Shown here one piece after another: positions 12,463-27,400 of a stretch of 64,000 bases of DNA. Origin of the DNA: the human T2T-CHM13v2.0 reference genome, Homo sapiens; NCBI RefSeq assembly GCF_009914755.1, contig NC_060934.1; one strand, written 5' to 3'. The notes below the pieces were generated by a model. The model was not told the DNA's origin, did not search any database, and saw nothing but the letters and a program-made list of their open reading frames with translations. Position 1 is the first letter of the stretch, and each line of letters opens with the position of its first letter. A program made the translations under genes and the position numbers.

Positions 12463-15400
12463 TTGTGTTGTGTGTATTCAAGTCACAGAGTTGAACCTTC
12501 CTTTAGACAGAGCAGTTTTGAAAAATTCTTTCTGTGTAATTTGCAAGTGGAGATTTCAAGCGATTTGAGGCTAATCTTTGAAATGGAAATATCTTCGTGT
12601 AAAAACTACACAGAATCATTCTCAGAAACTGCTTTGTCATCTGTGCGTTCAGTTCACAGAGTTTCACCTTTCTCTTCATAGAGCAGTTTGGAAAGACTCT
12701 GTCTGTAAAGTCTGCAAGTGATTAGTTAGACCCCTTTGAGGCCTTCGTTGGAAGCGGGATTTCTCATTTACTGCTAGACAGAAGAATTCTCAGTAAATCC
12801 TTTGTGTTGTGTGTATTCAACTCACAGAGTGGAACCTTCCTTTATTCAGAGCACTTTTGAAACACTCTTTTTGTGGAATTTGCAAGTGGAGATTTCAAGC
12901 GATTTGACGCCAATCTTAGACATGGAAATGTCTTCATATTAAAAGTACACAGAGTCATTCGTAGAAACTAGTTTGTGATGTGTGCCTTCAACTCACAGAG
13001 TTTAACCTTTCTTTTCATAGAGCAGTTGGGAAACACTCTATTTGTAAAGTCTGCAAGTGGATATTTGGACCTCTTTGAGACCTTCGTTGGAAACGGGATT
13101 TCTTCATATAACGCTAGACAGAAGAATTCTCAGTAACTTCTTTGTGTTGTGTGTATTCAACTCACAGAGTTGAACCTTTCTTTAGAGGGAGCAGAGGTGA
13201 AACACTCTTTTTGTGGAATTTGCTAGTGTAGATTTCAAACGCTTCGAAGACAGTGATAGAAAAGGATATATCTTCGTATTAAAAGTAGACAAAATCATTC
13301 TCAGAAAACTCTTTGTGATGTGTGTGTTCAACTCACAGAGTTTAACCTTTCTTTAATCGAGCAGTTTGGAAATACACTCTTTGTAAGTCTGCAGGTGGAT
13401 ATTTGGCCCTCTTTGAGCCCTTCGTAGGAAACGGGATTTCCTCATATAATGCTAGACAGAAGAATTCTCAGTAACTTCTTTGTGTTGTTTGTATTCAACA
13501 CACAGATTTGAACCTTCCTTTAGAGAGAGCAGATTTGAAACACTCTGTTTTTGGAATTTGCAAGTGCAGATTTCAAGCGCTTCTAGGCCTATGGCAGAAA
13601 AGGAAATATCTTCGTATAAAAACTACACAGAATCATTCTCAACAACTACTTTGTGATGTGTGCGTTCAACTCACAGAGTTTAACCTTTCTTTTCATAGAG
13701 CAGTTTGGAAACACTCTGTTTGTAAAGCCTGCAAGTGCTTTTTTGGACTTCATTGAGGCCTTCGTTGGAAACGGGATTTCTTCATATAATGCTAGACAGA
13801 AGAATTCTCAGTCACTTCTTTGTGTTGTGTGTATTCAAGTCACAGAGTTGAGCCTTCCTTTAGACAGAGCAGTTTTGAAAAATTCTTTCTGTGGAGTTTG
13901 CAAGTGGAGATTTCAAGCGATTTGAGGCTAATCTTTGAAATGGAAATATCTTCGTGTAAAAACTACACAGAATCATTCTCAGAAACTGCTTTGTCATCTG
14001 TGCGTTCAGTTCACAGAGTTTCACCTTTCTCTTCATAGAGCAGTTTGGAAAGACTCTGTCTGTAAAGTCTGCAAGTGATTAGTTAGACCCCTTTGAGGCC
14101 TTCGTTGGAAGCGGGATTTCTCATTTACTGCTAGACAGAAGAATTCTCAGTAAATCCTTTGTGTTGTGTGTATTCAACTCACAGAGTGGAACCTTCCTTT
14201 ATTCAGAGCAGTTTTGAAAAACACTTTTTGTGGAATTTGCAAGTGGAGATTTCAAGCGATTTGACGCCAATCTTAGACATGGAAATATCTTCATATTAAA
14301 AGTACACAGAGTCATTCGTAGAAACTAGTTTGTGATGTGTGCCTTCAACTCACAGAGTTTAACCTTTCTTTTCATAGAGCAGTTTGGAAACACTCTATTT
14401 GTAAAGTCTGCAAGTGGATATTTGGACCTCTTTGAGGCCTTCGTTGGAAACGGGATTTCTTCATACAACGCTAGACAGAAGAATTCTCAGTAACTTCTTT
14501 GTGTTGTGTGTATTCAACTCACAGAGTTGAACCTTTCTTTAGAGAGAGCAGAGTTGAAACACTCTGTTTTTGGAATTTGCAACTGCAGATTTCAAGCGAT
14601 TCTAGGCCTATGGCAGAAAAGGAAATATCTTCGTATAAAAACTACACAGAATCATTCTCAACAACTACTTTGTGATGTGTGCGTTCAACTCACAGAGTTT
14701 AACCTTTCTTTTCATAGAGCAGTTTGGAAACACTCTGTTTGTAAAGCCTGCAAGTGCTTTTTTGGACTTCATTGAGGCCTTCGTTGGAAACGGGATTTCT
14801 TCATATAATGCTAGACAGAAGAATTCTCAGTCACTTCTTTGTGTTGTGTGTATTCAAGTCACAGAGTTGAACCTTCCTTTAGACAGAGCAGTTTTGAAAA
14901 ATTCTTTCTGTGTAATTTGCAAGTGGAGATTTCAAGCGATTTGAGGCTAATCTTTGAAATGGAAATATCTTCGTGTAAAAACTACACAGAATCATTCTCA
15001 GAAACTGCTTTGTCATCTGTGCGTTCAGTTCACAGAGTTTCACCTTTCTCTTCATAGAGCAGTTTGGAAAGACTCTGTCTGTAAAGTCTGCAAGTGATTA
15101 GTTAGACGGCTTTGAGGCCTTCGTTGGAAGCGGGATTTCTCATTTACTGCTAGACAGAAGAATTCTCAGTAAATCCTTTGTGTTGTGTGTATTCAACTCA
15201 CAGAGTGGAACCTTCCTTTATTCAGAGCAGTTTTGAAACACTCTTTTTGTGGAATTTGCAAGTGGAGATTTCAAGCGATTTGACGCCAATCTTAGACATG
15301 GAAATATCTTCATATTAAAAGTACACAGAGTCATTCGTAGAAACTAGTTTGTGATGTGTGCCTTCAACTCACAGAGTTTAACCTTTCTTTTCATAGAGCA

Positions 15401-18400
15401 GTTGGGAAACACTCTATTTGTAAAGTCTGCAAGTGGATATTTGGACCTCTTTGAGGCCTTCGTTGGAAACGGGATTTCTTCATATAACGCTAGACAGAAG
15501 AATTCTCAGTAACTTCTTTGTGTTGTGTGTATTCAACTCACAGAGTTGAACCTTTCTTTAGAGGGAGCAGAGGTGAAACACTCTTTTTGTGGAATTTGCT
15601 AGTGTAGATTTCAAACGCTTCGAAGACAGTGATAGAAAAGGATATATCTTCGTATTAAAAATAGACAAAATCATTCTCAGAAAACTCTTTGTGATGTGTG
15701 TGTTCAACTCACAGAGTTTAACCTTTCTTTAATCGAGCAGTTTGGAAATACACTCTTTGTAAGTCTGCAGGTGGATATTTGGCCCTCTTTGAGCCCTTCG
15801 TTGGAAACGGGATTTCCTCATATAATGCTAGACAGAAGAATTCTCAGTAACTTCTTTGTGTTGTTTGTATTCAACACACAGATTTGAACCTTCCTTTAGA
15901 GAGAGCAGATTTGAAACACTCTGTTTTTGGAATTTGCAAGTGCAGATTTCAAGCGCTTCTAGGCCTATGGCAGAAAAGGAAATATCTTCGTATAAAAACT
16001 ACACAGAATCATTCTCAACAACTACTTTGTGATGTGTGCGTTCAACTCACAGAGTTTAACCTTTCTTTTCATAGAGCAGTTTGGAAACACTCTGTTTGTA
16101 AAGCCTGCAAGTGCTTTTTTGGACTTCATTGAGGCCTTCGTTGGAAACGGGATTTCTTCATATAATGCTAGACAGAAGAATTCTCAGTCACTTCTTTGTG
16201 TTGTGTGTATTCAAGTCACAGAGTTGAGCCTTCCTTTAGACAGAGCAGTTTTGAAAAATTCTTTCTGTGGAGTTTGCAAGTGGAGATTTCAAGCGATTTG
16301 AGGCTAATCTTTGAAATGGAAATATCTTCGTGTAAAAACTACACAGAATCATTCTCAGAAACTGCTTTGTCATCTGTGCGTTCAGTTCACAGAGTTTCAC
16401 CTTTCTCTTCATAGAGCAGTTTGGAAAGACTCTGTCTGTAAAGTCTGCAAGTGATTAGTTAGACCCCTTTGAGGCCTTCGTTGGAAGCGGGATTTCTCAT
16501 TTACTGCTAGACAGAAGAATTCTCAGTAAATCCTTTGTGTTGTGTGTATTCAACTCACAGAGTGGAACCTTCCTTTATTCAGAGCAGTTTTGAAAAACAC
16601 TTTTTGTGGAATTTGCAAGTGGAGATTTCAAGCGATTTGACGCCAATCTTAGACATGGAAATATCTTCATATTAAAAGTACACAGAGTCATTCGTAGAAA
16701 CTAGTTTGTGATGTGTGCCTTCAACTCACAGAGTTTAACCTTTCTTTTCATAGAGCAGTTTGGAAACACTCTATTTGTAAAGTCTGCAAGTGGATATTTG
16801 GACCTCTTTGAGGCCTTCGTTGGAAACGGGATTTCTTCATACAACGCTAGACAGAAGTATTCTCAGTAACTTCTTTGTGTTGTGTGTATTCAACTCACAG
16901 AGTTGAACCTTTCTTTAGAGAGAGCAGAGTTGAAACACTCTGTTTTTGGAATTTGCAACTGCAGATTTCAAGCCATTCTAGGCCTATGGCAGAAAAGGAA
17001 ATATCTTCGTATAAAAACTACACAGAATCATTCTCAACAACTACTTTGTGATGTGTGCGTTCAACTCACAGAGTTTAACCTTTCTTTTCATAGAGCAGTT
17101 TGGAAACACTCTGTTTGTAAAGCCTGCAAGTGCTTTTTTGGACTTCATTGAGGCCTTCGTTGGAAACGGGATTTCTTCATATAATGCTAGACAGAAGAAT
17201 TCTCAGTCACTTCTTTGTGTTGTGTGTATTCAAGTCACAGAGTTGAACCTTCCTTTAGACAGAGCAGTTTTGAAAAATTCTTTCTGTGTAATTTGCAAGT
17301 GGAGATTTCAAGCGATTTGAGGCTAATCTTTGAAATGGAAATATCTTCGTGTAAAAACTACACAGAATCATTCTCAGAAACTGCTTTGTCATCTGTGCGT
17401 TCAGTTCACAGAGTTTCACCTTTCTCTTCATAGAGCAGTTTGGAAAGACTCTGTCTGTAAAGTCTGCAAGTGATTAGTTAGACCCCTTTGAGGCCTTCGT
17501 TGGAAGCGGGATTTCTCATTTACTGCTAGACAGAAGAATTCTCAGTAAATCCTTTGTGTTGTGTGTATTCAACTCACAGAGTGGAACCTTCCTTTATTCA
17601 GAGCAGTTTTGAAACACTCTTTTTGTGGAATTTGCAAGTGGAGATTTCAAGCGATTTGACGCCAATCTTAGACATGGAAATATCTTCATATTAAAAGTAC
17701 ACAGAGTCATTCGTAGAAACTAGTTTGTGATGTGTGCCTTCAACTCACAGAGTTTAACCTTTCTTTTCATAGAGCAGTTGGGAAACACTCTATTTGTAAA
17801 GTCTGCAAGTGGATATTTGGACCTCTTTGAGGCCTTCGTTGGAAACGGGATTTCTTCATATAACGCTAGACAGAAGAATTCTCAGTAACTTCTTTGTGTT
17901 GTGTGTATTCAACTCACAGAGTTGAACCTTTCTTTAGAGGGAGCAGAGGTGAAACACTCTTTTTGTGGAATTTGCTAGTGTAGATTTCAAACGCTTCGAA
18001 GACAGTGATAGAAAAGGATATATCTTCGTATTAAAAGTAGACAAAATCATTCTCAGAAAACTCTTTGTGATGTGTGTGTTCAACTCACAGAGTTTAACCT
18101 TTCTTTAATCGAGCAGTTTGGAAATACACTCTTTGTAAGTCTGCAGGTGGATATTTGGCCCTCTTTGAGCCCTTCGTTGGAAACGGGATTTCCTCATATA
18201 ATGCTAGACAGAAGAATTCTCAGTAACTTCTTTGTGTTGTTTGTATTCAACACACAGATTTGAACCTTCCTTTAGAGAGAGCAGATTTGAAACACTCTGT
18301 TTTTGGAATTTGCAAGTGCAGATTTCAAGCGCTTCTAGGCCTATGGCAGAAAAGGAAATATCTTCGTATAAAAACTACACAGAATCATTCTCAACAACTA

Positions 18401-21400
18401 CTTTGTGATGTGTGCGTTCAACTCACAGAGTTTAACCTTTCTTTTCATAGAGCAGTTTGGAAACACTCTGTTTGTAAAGCCTGCAAGTGCTTTTTTGGAC
18501 TTCATTGAGGCCTTCGTTGGAAACGGGATTTCTTCATATAATGCTAGACAGAAGAATTCTCAGTCACTTCTTTGTGTTGTGTGTATTCAAGTCACAGAGT
18601 TGAGCCTTCCTTTAGACAGAGCAGTTTTGAAAAATTCTTTCTGTGGAGTTTGCAAGTGGAGATTTCAAGCGATTTGAGGCTAATCTTTGAAATGGAAATA
18701 TCTTCGTGTAAAAACTACACAGAATCATTCTCAGAAACTGCTTTGTCATCTGTGCGTTCAGTTCACAGAGTTTCACCTTTCTCTTCATAGAGCAGTTTGG
18801 AAAGACTCTGTCTGTAAAGTCTGCAAGTGATTAGTTAGACCCCTTTGAGGCCTTCGTTGGAAGCGGGATTTCTCATTTACTGCTAGACAGAAGAATTCTC
18901 AGTAAATCCTTTGTGTTGTGTGTATTCAACTCACAGAGTGGAACCTTCCTTTATTCAGAGCAGTTTTGAAAAACACTTTTTGTGGAATTTGCAAGTGGAG
19001 ATTTCAAGCGATTTGACGCCAATCTTAGACATGGAAATATCTTCATATTAAAAGTACACAGAGTCATTCGTAGAAACTAGTTTGTGATGTGTGCCTTCAA
19101 CTCACAGAGTTTAACCTTTCTTTTCATAGAGCAGTTTGGAAACACTCTATTTGTAAAGTCTGCAAGTGGATATTTGGACCTCTTTGAGGCCTTCGTTGGA
19201 AACGGGATTTCTTCATACAACGCTAGACAGAAGTATTCTCAGTAACTTCTTTGTGTTGTGTGTATTCAACTCACAGAGTTGAACCTTTCTTTAGAGAGAG
19301 CAGAGTTGAAACACTCTGTTTTTGGAATTTGCAACTGCAGATTTCAAGCGATTCTAGGCCTATGGCAGAAAAGGAAATATCTTCGTATAAAAACTACACA
19401 GAATCATTCTCAACAACTACTTTGTGATGTGTGCGTTCAACTCACAGAGTTTAACCTTTCTTTTCATAGAGCAGTTTGGAAACACTCTGTTTGTAAAGCC
19501 TGCAAGTGCTTTTTTGGACTTCATTGAGGCCTTCGTTGGAAACGGGATTTCTTCATATAATGCTAGACAGAAGAATTCTCAGTCACTTCTTTGTGTTGTG
19601 TGTATTCAAGTCACAGAGTTGAACCTTCCTTTAGACAGAGCAGTTTTGAAAAATTCTTTCTGTGTAATTTGCAAGTGGAGATTTCAAGCGATTTGAGGCT
19701 AATCTTTGAAATGGAAATATCTTCGTGTAAAAACTACACAGAATCATTCTCAGAAACTGCTTTGTCATCTGTGCGTTCAGTTCACAGAGTTTCACCTTTC
19801 TCTTCATAGAGCAGTTTGGAAAGACTCTGTCTGTAAAGTCTGCAAGTGATTAGTTAGACCCCTTTGAGGCCTTCGTTGGAAGCGGGATTTCTCATTTACT
19901 GCTAGACAGAAGAATTCTCAGTAAATCCTTTGTGTTGTGTGTATTCAACTCACAGAGTGGAACCTTCCTTTATTCAGAGCAGTTTTGAAACACTCTTTTT
20001 GTGGAATTTGCAAGTGGAGATTTCAAGCGATTTGACGCCAATCTTAGACATGGAAATATCTTCATATTAAAAGTACACAGAGTCATTCGTAGAAACTAGT
20101 TTGTGATGTGTGCCTTCAACTCACAGAGTTTAACCTTTCTTTTCATAGAGCAGTTGGGAAACACTCTATTTGTAAAGTCTGCAAGTGGATATTTGGACCT
20201 CTTTGAGGCCTTCGTTGGAAACGGGATTTCTTCATATAACGCTAGACAGAAGAATTCTCAGTAACTTCTTTGTGTTGTGTGTATTCAACTCACAGAGTTG
20301 AACCTTTCTTTAGAGGGAGCAGAGGTGAAACACTCTTTTTGTGGAATTTGCTAGTGTAGATTTCAAACGCTTCGAAGACAGTGATAGAAAAGGATATATC
20401 TTCGTATTAAAAGTAGACAAAATCATTCTCAGAAAACTCTTTGTGATGTGTGTGTTCAACTCACAGAGTTTAACCTTTCTTTAATCGAGCAGTTTGGAAA
20501 TACACTCTTTGTAAGTCTGCAGGTGGATATTTGGTCCTCTTTGAGCCCTTCGTTGGAAACGGGATTTCCTCATATAATGCTAGACAGAAGAATTCTCAGT
20601 AACTTCTTTGTGTTGTTTGTATTCAACACACAGATTTGAACCTTCCTTTAGAGAGAGCAGATTTGAAACACTCTGTTTTTGGAATTTGCAAGTGCAGATT
20701 TCAAGCGCTTCTAGGCCTATGGCAGAAAAGGAAATATCTTCGTATAAAAACTACACAGAATCATTCTCAACAACTACTTTGTGATGTGTGCGTTCAACTC
20801 ACAGAGTTTAACCTTTCTTTTCATAGAGCAGTTTGGAAACACTCTGTTTGTAAAGCCTGCAAGTGCTTTTTTGGACTTCATTGAGGCCTTCGTTGGAAAC
20901 GGGATTTCTTCATATAATGCTAGACAGAAGAATTCTCAGTCACTTCTTTGTGTTGTGTGTATTCAAGTCACAGAGTTGAGCCTTCCTTTAGACAGAGCAG
21001 TTTTGAAAAATTCTTTCTGTGGAGTTTGCAAGTGGAGATTTCAAGCGATTTGAGGCTAATCTTTGAAATGGAAATATCTTCGTGTAAAAACTACACAGAA
21101 TCATTCTCAGAAACTGCTTTGTCATCTGTGCGTTCAGTTCACAGAGTTTCACCTTTCTCTTCATAGAGCAGTTTGGAAAGACTCTGTCTGTAAAGTCTGC
21201 AAGTGATTAGTTAGACCCCTTTGAGGCCTTCGTTGGAAGCGGGATTTCTCATTTACTGCTAGACAGAAGAATTCTCAGTAAATCCTTTGTGTTGTGTGTA
21301 TTCAACTCACAGAGTGGAACCTTCCTTTATTCAGAGCAGTTTTGAAAAACACTTTTTGTGGAATTTGCAAGTGGAGATTTCAAGCGATTTGACGCCAATC

Positions 21401-24400
21401 TTAGACATGGAAATATCTTCATATTAAAAGTACACAGAGTCATTCGTAGAAACTAGTTTGTGATGTGTGCCTTCAACTCACAGAGTTTAACCTTTCTTTT
21501 CATAGAGCAGTTTGGAAACACTCTATTTGTAAAGTCTGCAAGTGGATATTTGGACCTCTTTGAGGCCTTCGTTGGAAACGGGATTTCTTCATACAACGCT
21601 AGACAGAAGAATTCTCAGTAACTTCTTTGTGTTGTGTGTATTCAACTCACAGAGTTGAACCTTTCTTTAGAGAGAGCAGAGTTGAAACACTCTGTTTTTG
21701 GAATTTGCAACTGCAGATTTCAAGCGATTCTAGGCCTATGGCAGAAAAGGAAATATCTTCGTATAAAAACTACACAGAATCATTCTCAACAACTACTTTG
21801 TGATGTGTGCGTTCAACTCACAGAGTTTAACCTTTCTTTTCATAGAGCAGTTTGGAAACACTCTGTTTGTAAAGCCTGCAAGTGCTTTTTTGGACTTCAT
21901 TGAGGCCTTCGTTGGAAACGGGATTTCTTCATATAATGCTAGACAGAAGAATTCTCAGTCACTTCTTTGTGTTGTGTGTATTCAAGTCACAGAGTTGAAC
22001 CTTCCTTTAGACAGAGCAGTTTTGAAAAATTCTTTCTGTGTAATTTGCAAGTGGAGATTTCAAGCGATTTGAGGCTAATCTTTGAAATGGAAATATCTTC
22101 GTGTAAAAACTACACAGAATCATTCTCAGAAACTGCTTTGTCATCTGTGCGTTCAGTTCACAGAGTTTCACCTTTCTCTTCATAGAGCAGTTTGGAAAGA
22201 CTCTGTCTGTAAAGTCTGCAAGTGATTAGTTAGACGGCTTTGAGGCCTTCGTTGGAAGCGGGATTTCTCATTTACTGCTAGACAGAAGAATTCTCAGTAA
22301 ATCCTTTGTGTTGTGTGTATTCAACTCACAGAGTGGAACCTTCCTTTATTCAGAGCAGTTTTGAAACACTCTTTTTGTGGAATTTGCAAGTGGAGATTTC
22401 AAGCGATTTGACGCCAATCTTAGACATGGAAATATCTTCATATTAAAAGTACACAGAGTCATTCGTAGAAACTAGTTTGTGATGTGTGCCTTCAACTCAC
22501 AGAGTTTAACCTTTCTTTTCATAGAGCAGTTGGGAAACACTCTATTTGTAAAGTCTGCAAGTGGATATTTGGACCTCTTTGAGGCCTTCGTTGGAAACGG
22601 GATTTCTTCATATAACGCTAGACAGAAGAATTCTCAGTAACTTCTTTGTGTTGTGTGTATTCAACTCACAGAGTTGAACCTTTCTTTAGAGGGAGCAGAG
22701 GTGAAACACTCTTTTTGTGGAATTTGCTAGTGTAGATTTCAAACGCTTCGAAGACAGTGATAGAAAAGGATATATCTTCGTATTAAAAATAGACAAAATC
22801 ATTCTCAGAAAACTCTTTGTGATGTGTGTGTTCAACTCACAGAGTTTAACCTTTCTTTAATCGAGCAGTTTGGAAATACACTCTTTGTAAGTCTGCAGGT
22901 GGATATTTGGCCCTCTTTGAGCCCTTCGTTGGAAACGGGATTTCCTCATATAATGCTAGACAGAAGAATTCTCAGTAACTTCTTTGTGTTGTTTGTATTC
23001 AACACACAGATTTGAACCTTCCTTTAGAGAGAGCAGATTTGAAACACTCTGTTTTTGGAATTTGCAAGTGCAGATTTCAAGCGCTTCTAGGCCTATGGCA
23101 GAAAAGGAAATATCTTCGTATAAAAACTACACAGAATCATTCTCAACAACTACTTTGTGATGTGTGCGTTCAACTCACAGAGTTTAACCTTTCTTTTCAT
23201 AGAGCAGTTTGGAAACACTCTGTTTGTAAAGCCTGCAAGTGCTTTTTTGGACTTCATTGAGGCCTTCGTTGGAAACGGGATTTCTTCATATAATGCTAGA
23301 CAGAAGAATTCTCAGTCACTTCTTTGTGTTGTGTGTATTCAAGTCACAGAGTTGAGCCTTCCTTTAGACAGAGCAGTTTTGAAAAATTCTTTCTGTGGAG
23401 TTTGCAAGTGGAGATTTCAAGCGATTTGAGGCTAATCTTTGAAATGGAAATATCTTCGTGTAAAAACTACACAGAATCATTCTCAGAAACTGCTTTGTCA
23501 TCTGTGCGTTCAGTTCACAGAGTTTCACCTTTCTCTTCATAGAGCAGTTTGGAAAGACTCTGTCTGTAAAGTCTGCAAGTGATTAGTTAGACCCCTTTGA
23601 GGCCTTCGTTGGAAGCGGGATTTCTCATTTACTGCTAGACAGAAGAATTCTCAGTAAATCCTTTGTGTTGTGTGTATTCAACTCACAGAGTGGAACCTTC
23701 CTTTATTCAGAGCAGTTTTGAAAAACACTTTTTGTGGAATTTGCAAGTGGAGATTTCAAGCGATTTGACGCCAATCTTAGACATGGAAATATCTTCATAT
23801 TAAAAGTACACAGAGTCATTCGTAGAAACTAGTTTGTGATGTGTGCCTTCAACTCACAGAGTTTAACCTTTCTTTTCATAGAGCAGTTTGGAAACACTCT
23901 ATTTGTAAAGTCTGCAAGTGGATATTTGGACCTCTTTGAGGCCTTCGTTGGAAACGGGATTTCTTCATACAACGCTAGACAGAAGTATTCTCAGTAACTT
24001 CTTTGTGTTGTGTGTATTCAACTCACAGAGTTGAACCTTTCTTTAGAGAGAGCAGAGTTGAAACACTCTGTTTTTGGAATTTGCAACTGCAGATTTCAAG
24101 CCATTCTAGGCCTATGGCAGAAAAGGAAATATCTTCGTATAAAAACTACACAGAATCATTCTCAACAACTACTTTGTGATGTGTGCGTTCAACTCACAGA
24201 GTTTAACCTTTCTTTTCATAGAGCAGTTTGGAAACACTCTGTTTGTAAAGCCTGCAAGTGCTTTTTTGGACTTCATTGAGGCCTTCGTTGGAAACGGGAT
24301 TTCTTCATATAATGCTAGACAGAAGAATTCTCAGTCACTTCTTTGTGTTGTGTGTATTCAAGTCACAGAGTTGAACCTTCCTTTAGACAGAGCAGTTTTG

Positions 24401-27400
24401 AAAAATTCTTTCTGTGTAATTTGCAAGTGGAGATTTCAAGCGATTTGAGGCTAATCTTTGAAATGGAAATATCTTCGTGTAAAAACTACACAGAATCATT
24501 CTCAGAAACTGCTTTGTCATCTGTGCGTTCAGTTCACAGAGTTTCACCTTTCTCTTCATAGAGCAGTTTGGAAAGACTCTGTCTGTAAAGTCTGCAAGTG
24601 ATTAGTTAGACCCCTTTGAGGCCTTCGTTGGAAGCGGGATTTCTCATTTACTGCTAGACAGAAGAATTCTCAGTAAATCCTTTGTGTTGTGTGTATTCAA
24701 CTCACAGAGTGGAACCTTCCTTTATTCAGAGCAGTTTTGAAACACTCTTTTTGTGGAATTTGCAAGTGGAGATTTCAAGCGATTTGACGCCAATCTTAGA
24801 CATGGAAATATCTTCATATTAAAAGTACACAGAGTCATTCGTAGAAACTAGTTTGTGATGTGTGCCTTCAACTCACAGAGTTTAACCTTTCTTTTCATAG
24901 AGCAGTTGGGAAACACTCTATTTGTAAAGTCTGCAAGTGGATATTTGGACCTCTTTGAGGCCTTCGTTGGAAACGGGATTTCTTCATATAACGCTAGACA
25001 GAAGAATTCTCAGTAACTTCTTTGTGTTGTGTGTATTCAACTCACAGAGTTGAACCTTTCTTTAGAGGGAGCAGAGGTGAAACACTCTTTTTGTGGAATT
25101 TGCTAGTGTAGATTTCAAACGCTTCGAAGACAGTGATAGAAAAGGATATATCTTCGTATTAAAAGTAGACAAAATCATTCTCAGAAAACTCTTTGTGATG
25201 TGTGTGTTCAACTCACAGAGTTTAACCTTTCTTTAATCGAGCAGTTTGGAAATACACTCTTTGTAAGTCTGCAGGTGGATATTTGGCCCTCTTTGAGCCC
25301 TTCGTTGGAAACGGGATTTCCTCATATAATGCTAGACAGAAGAATTCTCAGTAACTTCTTTGTGTTGTTTGTATTCAACACACAGATTTGAACCTTCCTT
25401 TAGAGAGAGCAGATTTGAAACACTCTGTTTTTGGAATTTGCAAGTGCAGATTTCAAGCGCTTCTAGGCCTATGGCAGAAAAGGAAATATCTTCGTATAAA
25501 AACTACACAGAATCATTCTCAACAACTACTTTGTGATGTGTGCGTTCAACTCACAGAGTTTAACCTTTCTTTTCATAGAGCAGTTTGGAAACACTCTGTT
25601 TGTAAAGCCTGCAAGTGCTTTTTTGGACTTCATTGAGGCCTTCGTTGGAAACGGGATTTCTTCATATAATGCTAGACAGAAGAATTCTCAGTCACTTCTT
25701 TGTGTTGTGTGTATTCAAGTCACAGAGTTGAGCCTTCCTTTAGACAGAGCAGTTTTGAAAAATTCTTTCTGTGGAGTTTGCAAGTGGAGATTTCAAGCGA
25801 TTTGAGGCTAATCTTTGAAATGGAAATATCTTCGTGTAAAAACTACACAGAATCATTCTCAGAAACTGCTTTGTCATCTGTGCGTTCAGTTCACAGAGTT
25901 TCACCTTTCTCTTCATAGAGCAGTTTGGAAAGACTCTGTCTGTAAAGTCTGCAAGTGATTAGTTAGACCCCTTTGAGGCCTTCGTTGGAAGCGGGATTTC
26001 TCATTTACTGCTAGACAGAAGAATTCTCAGTAAATCCTTTGTGTTGTGTGTATTCAACTCACAGAGTGGAACCTTCCTTTATTCAGAGCAGTTTTGAAAA
26101 ACACTTTTTGTGGAATTTGCAAGTGGAGATTTCAAGCGATTTGACGCCAATCTTAGACATGGAAATATCTTCATATTAAAAGTACACAGAGTCATTCGTA
26201 GAAACTAGTTTGTGATGTGTGCCTTCAACTCACAGAGTTTAACCTTTCTTTTCATAGAGCAGTTTGGAAACACTCTATTTGTAAAGTCTGCAAGTGGATA
26301 TTTGGACCTCTTTGAGGCCTTCGTTGGAAACGGGATTTCTTCATACAACGCTAGACAGAAGTATTCTCAGTAACTTCTTTGTGTTGTGTGTATTCAACTC
26401 ACAGAGTTGAACCTTTCTTTAGAGAGAGCAGAGTTGAAACACTCTGTTTTTGGAATTTGCAACTGCAGATTTCAAGCGATTCTAGGCCTATGGCAGAAAA
26501 GGAAATATCTTCGTATAAAAACTACACAGAATCATTCTCAACAACTACTTTGTGATGTGTGCGTTCAACTCACAGAGTTTAACCTTTCTTTTCATAGAGC
26601 AGTTTGGAAACACTCTGTTTGTAAAGCCTGCAAGTGCTTTTTTGGACTTCATTGAGGCCTTCGTTGGAAACGGGATTTCTTCATATAATGCTAGACAGAA
26701 GAATTCTCAGTCACTTCTTTGTGTTGTGTGTATTCAAGTCACAGAGTTGAACCTTCCTTTAGACAGAGCAGTTTTGAAAAATTCTTTCTGTGTAATTTGC
26801 AAGTGGAGATTTCAAGCGATTTGAGGCTAATCTTTGAAATGGAAATATCTTCGTGTAAAAACTACACAGAATCATTCTCAGAAACTGCTTTGTCATCTGT
26901 GCGTTCAGTTCACAGAGTTTCACCTTTCTCTTCATAGAGCAGTTTGGAAAGACTCTGTCTGTAAAGTCTGCAAGTGATTAGTTAGACCCCTTTGAGGCCT
27001 TCGTTGGAAGCGGGATTTCTCATTTACTGCTAGACAGAAGAATTCTCAGTAAATCCTTTGTGTTGTGTGTATTCAACTCACAGAGTGGAACCTTCCTTTA
27101 TTCAGAGCAGTTTTGAAACACTCTTTTTGTGGAATTTGCAAGTGGAGATTTCAAGCGATTTGACGCCAATCTTAGACATGGAAATATCTTCATATTAAAA
27201 GTACACAGAGTCATTCGTAGAAACTAGTTTGTGATGTGTGCCTTCAACTCACAGAGTTTAACCTTTCTTTTCATAGAGCAGTTGGGAAACACTCTATTTG
27301 TAAAGTCTGCAAGTGGATATTTGGACCTCTTTGAGGCCTTCGTTGGAAACGGGATTTCTTCATATAACGCTAGACAGAAGAATTCTCAGTAACTTCTTTG

